A stretch of DNA of 60,798 nucleotides, the filler included, from Dimargaris cristalligena (Eukaryota): assembly GCA_003614675.1 (NCBI GenBank). It is 8 parts of 8 records of this genome, joined end to end, with 100 filler letters (N's around TTAATTAATTAA, not from the genome) between each part and the next. Parts side by side here need not be neighbours in the genome. Positions count along the whole stretch, not along the records: positions 30,509 to 38,017 come from ML003410.1; positions 38,118 to 45,621 come from ML003411.1; positions 45,722 to 53,213 come from ML003412.1; 5 more parts are not named here. The stretch is one strand, 5' to 3'. Of this stretch, positions 34,626 through 50,100 are shown in pieces; the first letter of the stretch is position 1; each line of letters begins with the position of its first letter. The notes beneath the pieces were generated by a model. That model worked only from the letters and a program-made list of their open reading frames with translations. It was not told where the DNA came from and ran no database searches. The translations under genes were made by a program, and so were the position numbers.

Positions 34626-36135
34626 TTACTCCTGGTAGGGGACTAGTGGTGGTGATAAATCATCCCGACGTTTCGCAATGTGAAGTAGATATTCGAGATC
34701 ACTTCCAGGTAGCCAAAGAGACTCGGCTGCTGTGAGCCCATTGGCTTTAAGCAGTTTGCCGGCCTCAGACCGGCGGACTCGGATAGCCAATTTGGGCCTA
34801 CCATCAGAATCGCGGTGCGGGAACACAGACCCGCCGGCAGTCCAAGTTTCGAGATAGTCGAAAAAAGTTTCTGCCCCCGAATTTAAACCCCTGCATATCA
34901 TTTCCGCTTTTTCGAATCCCAGCGCACCGGCATAGCCGCAGTTGTATGGAAATAGCTCGACCAGTTTATGCCCTTGTCTGGTATAGGATTGGCCAAATTC
35001 CCAACGCAGAAATCTCAGGTATGCTCTCAACGGGTAGAAATATCATCCGTTTTCAATCCTGGCCTCTTCCACAAAAACTTCCAATTTACTGAATTGACCG
35101 GTAGTGGCAAGAACCGCAAAGACACTAATCAGTATTGGCAACTCGATGCCGTAGACGGCGCTTTTACCCCCATTTAACTTGGTATTGGTCGTTTAAAACT
35201 TCGAGTCCCTTTTCATGTTGGTACTGCTTCGCAAGAACCTCGGCTGGTATATTGCGTAGAGAGTTGGGCTTCAACTTCTGTAGCACGGCTAAAATGTCAG
35301 CCACGGACAATTTCGACATGTAGTATAATACCGGGAATAGGACACTCCTTTGAGCATCGTTCATCCGGGTATAGTCCAGAAGCGCCCACTCCGCCTTATG
35401 AGATCCTGGCTTGGTGTGTTAGTTGGGTAGTTATGGACATCCTCGTCGTAGGCTTCCTGACTGGGGTATTCATTTACAACTGGATTTTGGCCCCCACTAC
35501 ACCTCCAGGCGGTGGCCAAGAGTGTGTCCATTGGCTGCATCGGAAAGAGAATTTGCAAACTTTTCAAATCAAGCGGAGTTTTACTTGAGATGATAGCTTT
35601 AATTTCTTGAAGCTTTTCGTGTTTGGATAACAGGGAAGTAGTTATATGTCAACATAACATCATAGTTTTAAATGGTGATTAGTTGATGACCATAGTCGCT
35701 GGGGTCGTTCACAAACAACCTGTCACACGTACGGTTTTAAAGCGTAATATAAATATAAATTACCCAGCGTGGCTACTAGTTAGCTCTTAATGATGGAATG
35801 GTCAGAAGAATATGATGGATGGAACCGGTAGACTTACTTGGAAGAGGTCCTGACTATTACGGTCTTGATTAACCAAATCGTTATAATAGGGGGTTGATAT
35901 TGGAAAGTTGACGACGGTCTTGCGCATCTAAATTATGCAAAATTTTATAGAAAAGTTCGCTGGAAAGGGAAGCGAACGGGTTGGTTTTGCGGGATTGAGT
36001 ATTTATATTTTGGGATGAGGTCTCGGGCTGCGCATCGCCAATATTCCCGTCTGTAGTCGTGGTCTGGGGGTGGCCTACTACATTGGAGGCCAGGGCTAAG
36101 CCCACTAAAGTGACCGGCATAATGAACGACTTCAT
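34626..36135 (-). pseudogene. secreted F-box-like protein (effector-like), frame-disrupted
   Basis: Signal peptide MKSFIMPVTLVGLALASNVVG and F-box-like PFASLSSELFYKILHNLDAQDRRQLSNIN. One GTAAGT intron. At least three frameshifts and one stop are needed to join the downstream ORF pieces. Confidence 0.65.
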
Positions 36136-37466
36136 CGTCAACAAAGGGAAATTGGTGGAGCGGACGGGAAGTGAAACGGACAGAAACAGCACAAGGTGTC
36201 CAAAAAATGAGCCAATACAAATAGCCTAATACAGTCGTGAAGCGCAAAAGAATAGAAGGAAGGCGCAGTACTGGCCTGGGTGTTTGAGTTGGGGCGCGGG
36301 TATAGTGAAGTGACGAGGGGAAAATGTACGACTTTTACAGTGGAGACGGATGTTGGAGAGGGGGCACAGATAAGCCGAAGTATACGGGTTGGACAAAAGA
36401 CACTTGACGTGGCCGAGAGAGGCGGCGGCCGTTTTATCGACCATAGGCCTTGCCGATTAATGCGAAACATGGCCACGGAATAGCAATATTATTGACATAG
36501 CCTACCTTGTGATAGAGCCAGGGGAAGATGCCGTTCCGCCAAAAGAGAATATGAGAATCTTCCTGATCCCTACCATTGAGCCGGGTTACCTATTCCTCCG
36601 TTAAAAATGCATTGCCCCCAAGCCAAAACCACAGCCGACAAGACCGGGACTAGGCTGCTCTGCGACTATACTTTGTGTACCGCTTGCATTGCGAATTACC
36701 ACTTCGTTGTCTCTTCACCACTGTCACACAATTAGCTGTGGGGCTGTGATTGCATAAATGGCCCTCGATCACTGTGGCCTCTTTATTCGACTAAAATTGT
36801 ACCAAAATACAAGGACTAAGAGCCCAATGGGGAGAAAAGGGGAGGGAAGAAGGGGGAAGGTGTGGCGAGCCAATAACCCAGGGTGACCACGGCCCTCGAC
36901 GGTTACCCGTCGTCCCTCTTCGTTATAGTATGGAGATAAAAAGTACAAAAATTTAGTACAAGGCTTCACAGATGATATGCCAGTGTAACCGTCTCTCGAT
37001 AGCACAGCTGGCGAGGGACAACCGCACCAAAGTAGCCCAATAGGGCAAAGGCTGTTGCAATTACATAGGATGAGTAGTTGGTCTATTTTTATAGGAGACC
37101 AGTTGACTATGTACGAGTATGAATTCACTATCATCGACTTTCGAGCAGCCCACTTGCCGAGCGGTGGGTGAGGTCATCTTATTCGGGCCATGGCAGGCTA
37201 TTCGCCTTGCACAATTCTACTTCCTGACGCTTTTCCAAGTATGGCTCCCTCACCACGTTCTAGTTAGCCCCGTGTTAAAGAATTGGGTAAGGATATATTC
37301 TTTTGAATACATGAGGAGTATAGTAGGGCAGTGCTTCAGTTTCGCACTACCCAACAGAGTGCTGGATGTAATGATTAGAGGCGGCAATGGATATTTAATA
37401 CTGTAAATAAGCATATTAAGGAGTGAGGTATTAAAGTTTGGGTAATAATAGTAGAAAAATATGGGT

Positions 37467-38017
37467 CTAAAACATTTTATGGCGAATTTTGCCTAATGAA
37501 AACTTGCTTGCTGTGGACGACTTTCGAGATGAGTCCATACCCCCTCCACTCACACTATTGGGGGTCTGTGGCCGCGGGGACGACGGGCCTGCACTACCAC
37601 TGCCACTTAAAGCCGCATTCGTGCCAATATTCAGCCCGGTGTTAAAACCAGAACTGGGGGCGCTATTCAACATGGAGTTGGATAGATTCCCACTATGGCC
37701 CCCGGTCGGGTTATTGCTGTTGTTCAAGACCGGTGATTGACCTGCTGTACCATTGTCGGCCATGTTAGCGTGTTCCGTTGGGGATGCCGTATTGCCACCC
37801 CCGTTGCCGGCCGTGCTGGAGTGCCGGGTGTGGTGGAAAATGGGAGGGATGGGCAAATGGTGGTGGTGGTGTAGGTTGTGGTGCGACGGAGATGGTTCGG
37901 GAGTCACTCCCCGACTAGTGGCCCCGCTGCTTCGCCGCTCGCCACTTCCACCGAATGCTAGGGGACCGAACGAAATGCTACTGCGTTTACGGTGTCGTGA
38001 GGACGTGGAGCCGGGAA
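37467..38017 (-). CDS. low-complexity Ser/Gly/His-rich C-terminus of an unknown protein (5'-truncated)
   Basis: The frame is open from the contig edge to the stop at 37467, followed by an AT-rich 3' region. Confidence 0.6.
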
Positions 38018-38117
38018 NNNNNNNNNNNNNNNNNNNNNNNNNNNNNNNNNNNNNNNNNNNNTTAATTAATTAANNNNNNNNNNNNNNNNNNNNNNNNNNN
38101 NNNNNNNNNNNNNNNNN
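38018..38117. other. artificial contig linker
   Basis: N44-TTAATTAATTAA-N44. Confidence 0.98.
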
Positions 38118-39137
38118 ATGTATTTTTAACTAGTAATATTGGCCGAATCTAATGGATTTTTCGTTATACAGCTTGGATGAACTTCTCCCATATCTTCCAT
38201 TCCAGGGCTTTTCAAATAATACATTGTTAGGTTGCCAAAATTTACTGTTTTAGTTTTGATTTATATTGAATAAATTTCTGGGTGAAATGCCACCTCAGCC
38301 CTACAACGTCCCAATTCCTAATCTCCAAATCCCCACGGATAGCCTCAACTCAGTAGTATAACAGAGTGGTTTTTTGTAGCTTCGTGGTGGTACGCTGTAA
38401 AGCAAACAGAAGCCAACGGGATAAATACACAAAATTGATATATAAAAAAAGGAACAGTACCAAATAACGGGGGCCGGCACCAAGGCTAGCATATATGAAT
38501 GGTTGGTTATAGACCGATCCATTATTGAAAGTCAGGGCAGTATACCACCACTATTATCATGGTGATGAATGAGGGGAACCTCCACGCGCATAGATAGCAA
38601 ATACAAATACATAGGAATCTAACCACCCTGGAGTGAATTGGGGGGGGGTTAAGGTATTCTTCAAGGGGAGAACAAAGGGGTGCGCGATGGAGAGGGTCAT
38701 CAAAAGAGGGGGGGGAGAGGAGGGCTAAGCGTCAAAGTTAGGAGAAATAGAAGTACTAAGAGGGAGGTAATTAACAAGGTGGCAAAATTGATGGGCGCAA
38801 TATTTTAGAGGCCAAGGGGGGAGGGATACACGCGAAACGGACTGATGGCGAAGCAGGGCTTCCCATGCGCTAATTAAGTAGGGGCCGTAAACGCAGGGAC
38901 GCACATACGGGGGGCCCCATTGATCAGTTAGTTAGGTTTGATAAACGATCTTCCGACCCGCAGCAACCAGCAGGCATCAGCTCTATATCTGGACCGGGAA
39001 TTATACACAATAGTGCCGTTGGAGGCGCATGCGGACGGTCGAACGATGGATGGGAGATGATAGGCTTTGGTGTATTGATCAAGGAAGGGTGCGCCGGAAG
39101 AATTGATTTATAAGCTCCAGTAGGAATGGTTTATGTA

Positions 39138-39470
39138 TCACTGGGGGGCGACATCGGTCTCCTGGATATACTCGACCTGAGGCTGGTTATCCGGGTTGAA
39201 GGGCTGCTGAGGTTGGGGGTGGTGAGGGTCAAAGTGGGGCACCCGGGGTTCAGCGGTCAGTTGGACGGGGTTAGATTCCTGGAGGTAGCTCAACAGGACC
39301 TGGTCAACCCGGTTCTGGAAACGGGCCACGTCGGCTTCGGACATTTCATCCCGGACGGTGTAGGCCGAAATGTTCATGTAGGTACGGCGCAGGGCAATGG
39401 GCACACGGTGGGGAATGGCCCGGCGAGTAAGGGACACGAGGCGAGGCATAGCAGAAGACATGGTCAACAT
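39138..39470 (-). CDS. small hypothetical protein with a mitochondrial-presequence-like N-terminus
   Basis: GC3-rich ORF with an Arg-rich, acid-free N-terminus (MSSAMPRLVSLTRRAIPHRVPIALRRTY). TATAAAA on the minus strand near 39745. Confidence 0.6.
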   Translation of the reverse strand: MLTMSSAMPRLVSLTRRAIPHRVPIALRRTYMNISAYTVRDEMSEADVARFQNRVDQVLLSYLQESNPVQLTAEPRVPHFDPHHPQPQQPFNPDNQPQVEYIQETDVAPQ

Positions 39471-39911
39471 ATGAAAGGAGCGAGGGTGGGTAAAGATATA
39501 ATAGAATGTGGTGTGGTGCGGTGCGGTGGTGTATAATAGATACCAAAGTGGTAGTATATATTAAGTCCACCGATATATGGAGGGGAGGATAGTGCAGAGA
39601 CAAAAATTAAAGGAAAGATGTGGGGGTAGTAGAGTGATGAAAGAGGGGGAAATGCCAGTTAATAGTAGGAAACGTTATAAGGTTCAGAAAATGACAGTGG
39701 TTGTAAAGTAAAGAGAATCCGGAGGGAGGGGACAGGCGACTCTTTTATAGGCGTTGAGGTGACTGGTAGGTACGGAAGGTTAGGGTGGAGAGCACTGGTC
39801 GGTTGTTCTCAAATAGGGGTGTAACACCCCTCTCCCGCTTATTGTGTATGGGTGGGTTTTTCCGGGCCTATAATCCCCCTGGTAGTTTGTTACAGCGCAC
39901 GCGCCCCAAAC

Positions 39912-39933
39912 AGAGAGAGAGAGAGAGAGAGAG
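39912..39933. repeat. (GA)n microsatellite
   Basis: AG dinucleotide run followed by a G-run. Confidence 0.85.
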
Positions 39934-42900
39934 GGGGGGGAAATATGGTGGTTAAGCAGAGAAACCGGGCCATTGGCAGGGCCACCAGGGAGGAGATGGC
40001 AAGGGTGGGAGGATCAGCAGGCTAGGCGTCCTGGCGAATTAGCGTGGTCTTGCCTTGGTCTTGGGCCGCGTTCTACTTGGGCAGCGTGTGACGACGACGA
40101 CCATCAGCAGTGTAATATAGTATAATAGGTAGTATTTATATATTACTGACGAACTATCGCCCTCCTATTTCTGGCAAATTATTAAGGCTCTCATTTAACT
40201 CCTATTTTCCGCAACACTCCCCTTACCCTTCGCACACCCACTTGCTATCCTTTAAAGGAGATGCATGGGGTGGTGCTTCTGCAGTTTAAAAAATGGGGCA
40301 TGTTTCATCCCATCCCGCCTCTTTATTGCTCCTTCAAGCCCCAAAGGAGGGTGGACCAACCGCTCTTCAAAGGCGGAATAGAGCGCACGAATCGCACAGC
40401 CGTTGCGGCTTGAATTTTTTCACCCTTCCCCTGCTACCGGGCTGCCATAATTAATGGAGCGCGCGAGTCGGGTATAGAAGGCGCCGAGATGCAAAAGCAA
40501 AGAGGAGGAGTGAGGGACTCTAAGTTCTCCAACCAATCGACATCTGGCCATGGCGACCCGCCGTTCCCTTAACGATAATTAATGGCCAGCCCATAATAAC
40601 CCTAAAAATATACATCGCCACTATTAGGCAGGTTCCACAAATCGGCGGCGTCTCAAGCGCGGACTCAAACCCCACTTGCGCAGCTCTCAGTCGCGCGCTA
40701 CATGAGGGTTTTTTCCACTCGGAATGGTTAAACAAGCGAAAATGGTCATGCGACCCAGGTTTCAGATTTTCTGCACACCTAATTTTGCCCTAGTCCAATT
40801 ATCGGAAGACAACTTTCCTCAGACCAGCTCCAATGTAACAACTAAATTACCGCCACTCCACTCCATCCCGGCCCGAACACATACCATTCCTATCATTATT
40901 GTATTCACTCCTTCATCTATTCAGCCCCTATAATCCGCAGTGGTCGTTGATGGAGGAAGAGGTAGGTAGGTATACGTCACTTATCTTGCTTGTGGCCATT
41001 AGGACCAAAGGAATGGTGGTGACGATGGGATGGTATGGTACGGTTGACTCACTAGCGTGGCCGAAATTCCGCCAGACCCACTACTGGATGAACACTGCTA
41101 ACCCTAAAGCAAATTGTCCATACGCTTGGAGCCACCACTATCAATTGATCATTTGCATCGTTTCAGGTTACCTCATATTCCACGAATCATCCGGCACTGG
41201 TGCATTGGTATTATTAATTATTTTCCAACCCGGTGTTGATTGGAATATTAATAATCTGCTTTGGACTCCCGATGTCATTCCTTCCTACAACAGGCCCAGT
41301 GATTGTCTCCTAAATAGGGACCCCATTATTGCTTTTACTGGACACCGCGCCATTCCATTTCATTGTGGTAGATGTAAATAAGTGTGTGTGTGACTCGCTC
41401 TCGCCACTACTACTTGTTACCTATTACCACCATTCCCTGTCTTTATCGCCCGTCCATCTAGCCCTAGTGCTGTGCCCTCTGTGGTCGATCGCACTTGGAC
41501 TGGAAAAACGGCACCCCTTGCCTGGGCGGTGGAGATGGGTGTGCGACCTCCTACTGGGTGTGGAACCGGCTGATGCCCCCCGTCGAGAACCAATCGAATG
41601 GGATGGTTGTGACCCCGCCCTCTCCTTATCAGCTTCATCAGCATTGCAAATCCGTATATTACAATCCACACCCTCTCATATCATTTGATTCCCGAGAGAG
41701 AGGGGGCCAGGGAAAACTAGCCATATTTCGTCGCATCCCCCTTTTTATTCCGAAGCGGATGGTTTTATCGGGCCAATCACTGCTGACTGGTCCGTGGACT
41801 GCTTTGTCCAACGGGGGGATTTTGGACCTTTCTCTTGCCTCCAATTACACTAAATGTAAAATAACCACAGTCCCGTAGTAATACTTAAGGGAAGAACTCT
41901 CTCGTGCTGAACAGGTAAAATGATACCTGTTGCTTGGTCACCGTGGTCGGGATTTTACGGGTGGACAGCCCTTTCCCTCCCTCCTACTACTTACTACTAG
42001 GCCCATATTGCCGAATAGAGCTTTGCAAATAGAACCGGACATTCCCCCCCTCTTGGGCGGTTCCGCCCTATATACCAACAAAGTGTGCTATACCTTCCGG
42101 GTTTACCAGAGTGGGCCACACGTTTACAGATCTATACCTAAAATCATTGGCAATAGTGGCCACCGGTTCTTTCCGACTGGTTAACTGACCTAGGCATATC
42201 TTAGGCAGTTGACAAACCGGGTCCAGTTGATTATACCGTGTCTTCTTCACGGCATTTTAGGTTCTTAGTGTTTTTGGCTTCACGAAAAGGCGGGGCAAGC
42301 CACGCTGTTGCCGTCCTGTTCCGATAATGCAGACCTGTTGAGTGTGCATCCCCCCTCCCCTCATGTGATTTATCAAGCTATACTGCATCATTTAATGACT
42401 AGATTTTACTCATTAGCGTCATCTAGTTGCTGACCTCATCATCCCCTGCTAAGTGCAGATGGAAAATAGAATGAATACCCGACCCCCTCCCTCACCACTG
42501 ACAGTTGACGCTGGCTACTAGAATAGAGAGCCTCCCCGAAAGTACCGCTCCGGTGGACATTTGAATTTGGTGGCGGTGTCGGAAGTAAATTTTTCAAAGG
42601 AGAACAATAGTGTATCAAATAGGATCATCACACAGTCCAGTTTACGGTAGAGTGGATTATCGCCAAATAGCCACGGGTCACAGGAGCCCCAAGTTTCAGA
42701 TTAATGCCGGATAGACCAAAGATTAAATGCCCTTCACTGAGGGGGGGGAGATTCTCGTCCCTCGGCACGGTGATGCATCTCTTTCCTCCAATTTGGCCTG
42801 ATTCGGGTGACACATTTCACGGGGGGAGGAGGGTCCCCGTCAAGTCTATTTCCAGTAGGTAAAATCAATGGCGGAGACACACCACGGGCGGAGAACATGC

Positions 42901-43302
42901 CCTCTCTCCTCCCTTAATCACTATGGTTGGCTGATAACTTAGGGAATCAGCCGTAGACTGCACATCACGTGCTTCAGCTTACCCTGGCGGCTGTGGTGTG
43001 ATGAGTTGTTGATGTTGATCATTTCTACTTTGGTTGCGGATTTAGGCGCCCGCGGACCACCATGAGCCGAGGGGTCCCCCCAGCCTAGCTTGGGTCAGTA
43101 TCCCGCATCCCAATAACCAGCTCGGAAGGCGACTTGCTAATGCATTCGGCCTGGGACAACGAATCACACATCCTCCCCAGCCAAGCCAATCCTTCACCGT
43201 TGATGCCGAAGGCCTAGCGACATTCTGCCCCCTCATCCGCTCTCTCATCCTTTGGCCATTCTGCATTGGCTGTGGTTCGGCCTACTTTCCGTTAACCCTC
43301 CC

Positions 43303-44847
<1,545 letters not shown>

Positions 44848-45621
44848 TCGGATTATATTGGTTAGAGTCACACTGGAACCATCTGTCAGCGGTGGTGGAT
44901 TTTACCCTTCGCCCGACTGGACTATTCGTTTTTTCAAAATGATGCATACACCACTATAGAGATACTAGGCCCAGTTGGGGGATTAGATACCAACGGGACA
45001 TCAGCCAGCAATAGTTGTACCGAGTATATCCTTTTTATACCTTCGAAGTATGATAATGCAATAAAGAAGGTACCTTATATCGCTGACAAAAGGAAATCAT
45101 TACGTTAGTTACGGTCCATTAACGATAGACCTCACCCTCCCTAAGCATTACTCTAACGCACAGCCAAATGCAATAACATATTTTGGGCATTGTAAATAGC
45201 TAAAATAGAAAAAGTTGTAGCATTGACTATTCCCAAGTGGTCACCCACCTCAGTACTAAATCAACTGACCGAAGCTTATCTTCGCAGATCTAACGGGATA
45301 CGGAGCATATTACGACATATGGCCACAACTGAAAAAGTTGAAAATATAAAGTATTTATTAGTACTATATTTAATAAAATCCATTAGTTGTGTAATAATTC
45401 CTGGGCTTACCCAGTGTTGTGGCCGGGCCTGCTTAATCTCTAATAGTATATCCCGGCCAAACTATTTTTAGTTTAGGAAGATGAAGAACATCACCAAATA
45501 CAAGTCTTCATCTTTTCCCACCCAGTTATAAGCCATTCAATGACTAGGCCGTTTTTCCAATATTCAACATTCAATATTCAGTATTCAGTATTCATAGTTC
45601 TTACTTATAACTCGAGGATCA

Positions 45622-45721
45622 NNNNNNNNNNNNNNNNNNNNNNNNNNNNNNNNNNNNNNNNNNNNTTAATTAATTAANNNNNNNNNNNNNNNNNNNNNNN
45701 NNNNNNNNNNNNNNNNNNNNN
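45622..45721. other. artificial contig linker
   Basis: N44-TTAATTAATTAA-N44. Confidence 0.98.
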
Positions 45722-46466
45722 GGTCAAACAGGCCATGTGGCCCCATGAATCGCCCTTGCTCATGCTTCCGCACGTCGAAAATGAACTTTTAATTGCGTCA
45801 GCAGGGGGGAATCCCCCTACGGCCGCGGCACTACCCGAACTCATGGTACTGGAGGACATTCCTTTAATGGATACATTGGCCCGTACCTTAAGGACCTTGA
45901 ATTCAAATCAGTTGGCGGATGTGGCGAGCGTAGTGCGGACGTATCCTATCATTGATATGAGTCATTCGGCGACAATGAATCAAGTGGGTCCTGCCGATAT
46001 GTCTACTACGAATAAGGTGACTGTCAATGTCACTCTAAAGTGGACCAAGTACGCTTACCGACCGGCCACTAACGGCGATTCTCCGCCGAACAATGGTACC
46101 GGCACCGGCGGAAAGAATCATGATAATACCAATCATAAGCGGATCACCACCATCGAGCCCTGGAAACTACCCCCGGGCCAGGCCTATGCCGAGCGATTCC
46201 GTAAACAAGCCAACGAGGGGTGGTGGCTCGTGCTGGGTGACCCGACCCGAAACCGCCTCGCGGGGCTCCAGCGCGTGGCCTTCCAGGTATCCCAGAATAC
46301 CGCCTCTCCGACTGTTACTGCGTCAGTGAAGGCCAAATTTGAAATTACCGACCCGGCGTTACTTCCCGCCCAACTGCGCGATGGGGAACCGACTCCGCAT
46401 TGGTGTCTGTATTTGATGAGCGATGTATACGTTGGGCTAGATCAGCAACAAGACGTTGCCGTGTAA
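45722..46466 (+). CDS. SLH1: C-terminal Sec63 domain of a Ski2-like helicase (Slh1/ASCC3 type), 5'-truncated
   Basis: Motifs KQAMWPHESPLLMLPHV, AERFRKQANEGWWLVLGD, LQRV and LYLMSDVYVGLDQQ. The last motif is closer to ASCC3/Slh1 than to Brr2. Confidence 0.75.
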
Positions 46467-47103
46467 GTGGGCAAAACAAGGATGGCTTGACTCTGAAATT
46501 ATCAGCCAGCTTTTCGATTAACTTAATATCTCAGCTTGGGAATAATAAAAGTCGTCAATATACTGATTTCAGTTTGGAATAAACTAGCCTTCATGGCACC
46601 CCTCAACGGCTCTCCATTAGTAGAACATTTGAATAGTTTCGTTTTAAAGTGAGATTGCGCTAAAATTGCCAATATGGCTAATGAGTTGATTATGGGTTCT
46701 TTATTCAGATAGTAGTGTAAATTTACAAACAGTAATAAATTCCGATTACTTTGGGCTAGTGGTATACTGGTGGGCAGAGAAGAAAAAAACAAGCTTTGCT
46801 AAGAAGAAGCGATGATAATAAAGACAGAAAGGCGTTTCTAATGCTCCAATAAAAAAGAAATTAAGTCGACTATAATAAGTCCGCAAAAGATCTACAAGAA
46901 ACAAAATAGGCCGAAGGGAAATATTTTGGACAAGGTATCTATAATTCGACTAACGAATCATCGAGGTATGTTGAAAAACCACCCTGCCCATACGCTCGTA
47001 CATATCCAGGTAGCTCTGACTACAATTGGGGTCACATGTACCCACCGCCAATTGGCGCAAATACGTGAGGTGGTGGAGGAGGAGCTGGGTGGGGCAAACC
47101 GAA

Positions 47104-50100
47104 TCATTGGTCTCCGAAGTGCTTAAGGAAGGGGAGTTGGGAGCGGTCAGAGCATCGGTGGAGATGGACTGATGCGCGGAAACCTCCACCCCCGCCGTCG
47201 AAGTTGGTAAGCCCGATTCTACCGGCATCTCGGAGGCTACTGGGGGGGTTATTGCCGGTAGCGAGCCAACATTGATACTGAGCATCCATGATCAGGTTAC
47301 CCACCAGGAATTCGAGCTGGCGTTCGATATCACTCGTGTACTGGTAGAGAATGCGAATGGCCCGACTATCGGCGGGACGTCGCTGGGTGACTGAGCTACC
47401 GCCGATGGGCACACTAGTGGTTGCCGGCGAGAATACTAAGGGACGTTGCATCTGCGAACGGCCATTAGGGGAAGTAGGAGCGGTTGGCATGGTCGATGAT
47501 GGCACAGTCGCGGTAGAAGGACCATTACCGCCACTCATGCTATCAAGGGAGGTGCACAGGGTGCCCAATAGTGACGAAAAGGCGACCCCGCGGGATTGAT
47601 GGGCAACCACAGAAGCGAGACTGGAGTCGACACAACTATCGGGGGCTCCACCATAAAGCTGGTCCAAGAAATGTGCCTCCAGATGCTGGCGTTGGGTGCG
47701 CATAGCCGCTACCACCGCGCAAGTACGCTGAGCCGCATCGTAGCGGCCAGCTTGGACGAGAATGGCCGGTAGGACCGAGAGATAGGCCGTTTCTAGGACC
47801 AGCTGCGCGTGTTTACGCTCGGGAGCACTTAGGCCGGTCACGCCAGTTGAATGGAGCTGAATAATGGTCCGGGCTAGGTCAAGGGCACGTTGTAAGCAGA
47901 GGTCCCGTTCTACGGCATCACCCCGTTTATGGTGCATGACAACCAACGCCAAGTTAATGTACCAGTGTAGAAGCCAGGGCTGATTCGTTCCGCGAGTAGT
48001 GGGTAGACCGACATTAGCGGTCGAGCCCGACGTCAATTGAGGAAGGCGGTCCAGCAGAGCGGTAAGAGCCCGATGGCCCTCGCCGGTACGGATAAACTGG
48101 TCGGTATAATGGCGGGTCCGGTTGAGTACAAACAAGTGGGATAGTGTCATTAGAGGGTCTACGGGGTTAGCCAGGACCAATTGGATACGGGGCCATTCCA
48201 CAGTAAACGCACTACTGCGGGTAAAGGGTTTCCATTCGCCGTCGAGGTAAAAATCGGCGGCTGCGGGTTCGTGCAGGAGCCATTGCCAGTGGTTGTTACG
48301 GCCGATGGCGAGGTGAGCGGGACTACTGTCATCTCGCGACCCGGGGGCGGGCAGTGGGGCAGTGCGGGCCGCGGTCACGGCCCAGTTCCACACCCGCCGA
48401 GCCACCATATTACGTACATAGCGGATGCCCAAGGACTTGTGAACATGCAACGCAGCGGTGAGCCAAGCTCGGGCCACTGGGTAATTGGGCGTTACCGAGC
48501 CCAAACTAAAGGAGCGGAGCCAGGCATACACCTTCATCAGGCTAGGGAGCGACACGTCTTCGTGGAAAAGCTGCAGCTCACTCAAGCGGAGCCAAGTTAG
48601 GGAAAGTTCCTGGCCATGACGCTCGGGCAAACAGGCACTAGGGGCAACCAAGCGCACCACTTCCCCGAAGATACGCAGAGCCATGGACCGGTAAGAGCGG
48701 GGCAGGGGGGTGTTGTTGATTTCGGCCACTGAGTTCATCAAATGGGAGTGGGAAACGGCCACTGCGGTCTTCGAGACCTGTGCCCTAGTACGCGGTCGAT
48801 TGGTTCCCGCAGCAGTAGCTGATCCGGTAGTTCTCTCAGATCCTTGTTGACTCAAAGCAGTCGCCGAATCGGCTGGGTCGGTAGGTGTGCTAGTCGTAGT
48901 TTCAGATACCGCTGGACGGGTACCATAACGAGCACGCCAGTACTGCCGGTTCTTCTGAGACTTCTGGCTGCCACCGAACCAATCGTCATAAAAGAGGAGG
49001 CCGAGAAGACAGCTCAAGAACACAAAGATACGCACCCCCATAAATAAATTGTGGGCCGAAACAACATGCCCAACGTGCTGGGACCAACTGCCGACAAAGG
49101 GCAAGGCGGAGAGAGCACGGTGCTGGCCCGATTCCTCGTTGGATGGTCCCGGCCCGTCGAAGAAACTAGCGCAGAGGAAGACGCCCATGACCGCCCGGGC
49201 AGGGAATCCGCCTCCACCCGATGATGATCCACCACCGCCGGAGCGAGTTGGTGTGGTCACAGGCGAAGATGATGAACTATCCGAGTCGCTGTGATTGCCC
49301 ACGGCGCTGGTCATGTCAGTATCGGCTTCGGGGACTGGTCCGGCGGAGGACGTAGTGGATTCAGTAACGGGAGAAGAGTCGACCCGGTGGAGCTCCTCCG
49401 CAGCCTCCTCTTCGTCCTCCTCGTCATCAAGGTCACCCATACAGCTGCCACTCTGGAGCTGGCGGATATAGGCGTCAGCCTCAGTCTGGGCCTGGTTACC
49501 CAGCGATTCCAAAAGAGCGGCGGCGTCGGGTACGTTTTGCAGCACCAGCTGACGGAGTTGGTCCTGTTCTCGGCGCATGCGGTCATTGGCGCGCCGCAAG
49601 TGCCAAACGTATTCCGTAGCTTTGCGTAGGATAGTGGCCTTGTTTAACTTGGATGCGGGTGCAATGCCGTCCACCTCTTTGGGCAGACCCTTGGCGTTCC
49701 GGATGGTCTTGCTTTCCCGGGGCGCAGGTCCAGCATCCAGGGAGCTGGTAAAGGACATACCGGTTTGGTTTTCCTCGTCCTTCACCTGCTGGGCATGCAG
49801 CAGGGCAGGAATGGAATCTTTCAACTCCCGAATGCGGTCGTTGATGTTATTACGATAGCGCCGCTCAATGGCATTATGGGCGATTCGTCGCTGGTTCTTC
49901 ACGGGTGGACCGCTGATGGTTCCCTCAGGGGAGCGGGGCACTATAGGCGGACCGACTGCCCCGGGGGAATGGACCCGGCTAATGGCGATTTTGGAGTTAT
50001 TGGAGGAAGCCCCTGTATCTAATGCTGGGGAAATCGGGATGGGGGCAAGTGAGGCGGTCGGGGCTGGTGGTGTGGAGCTATTGGATGCGATGGCTGGCCG

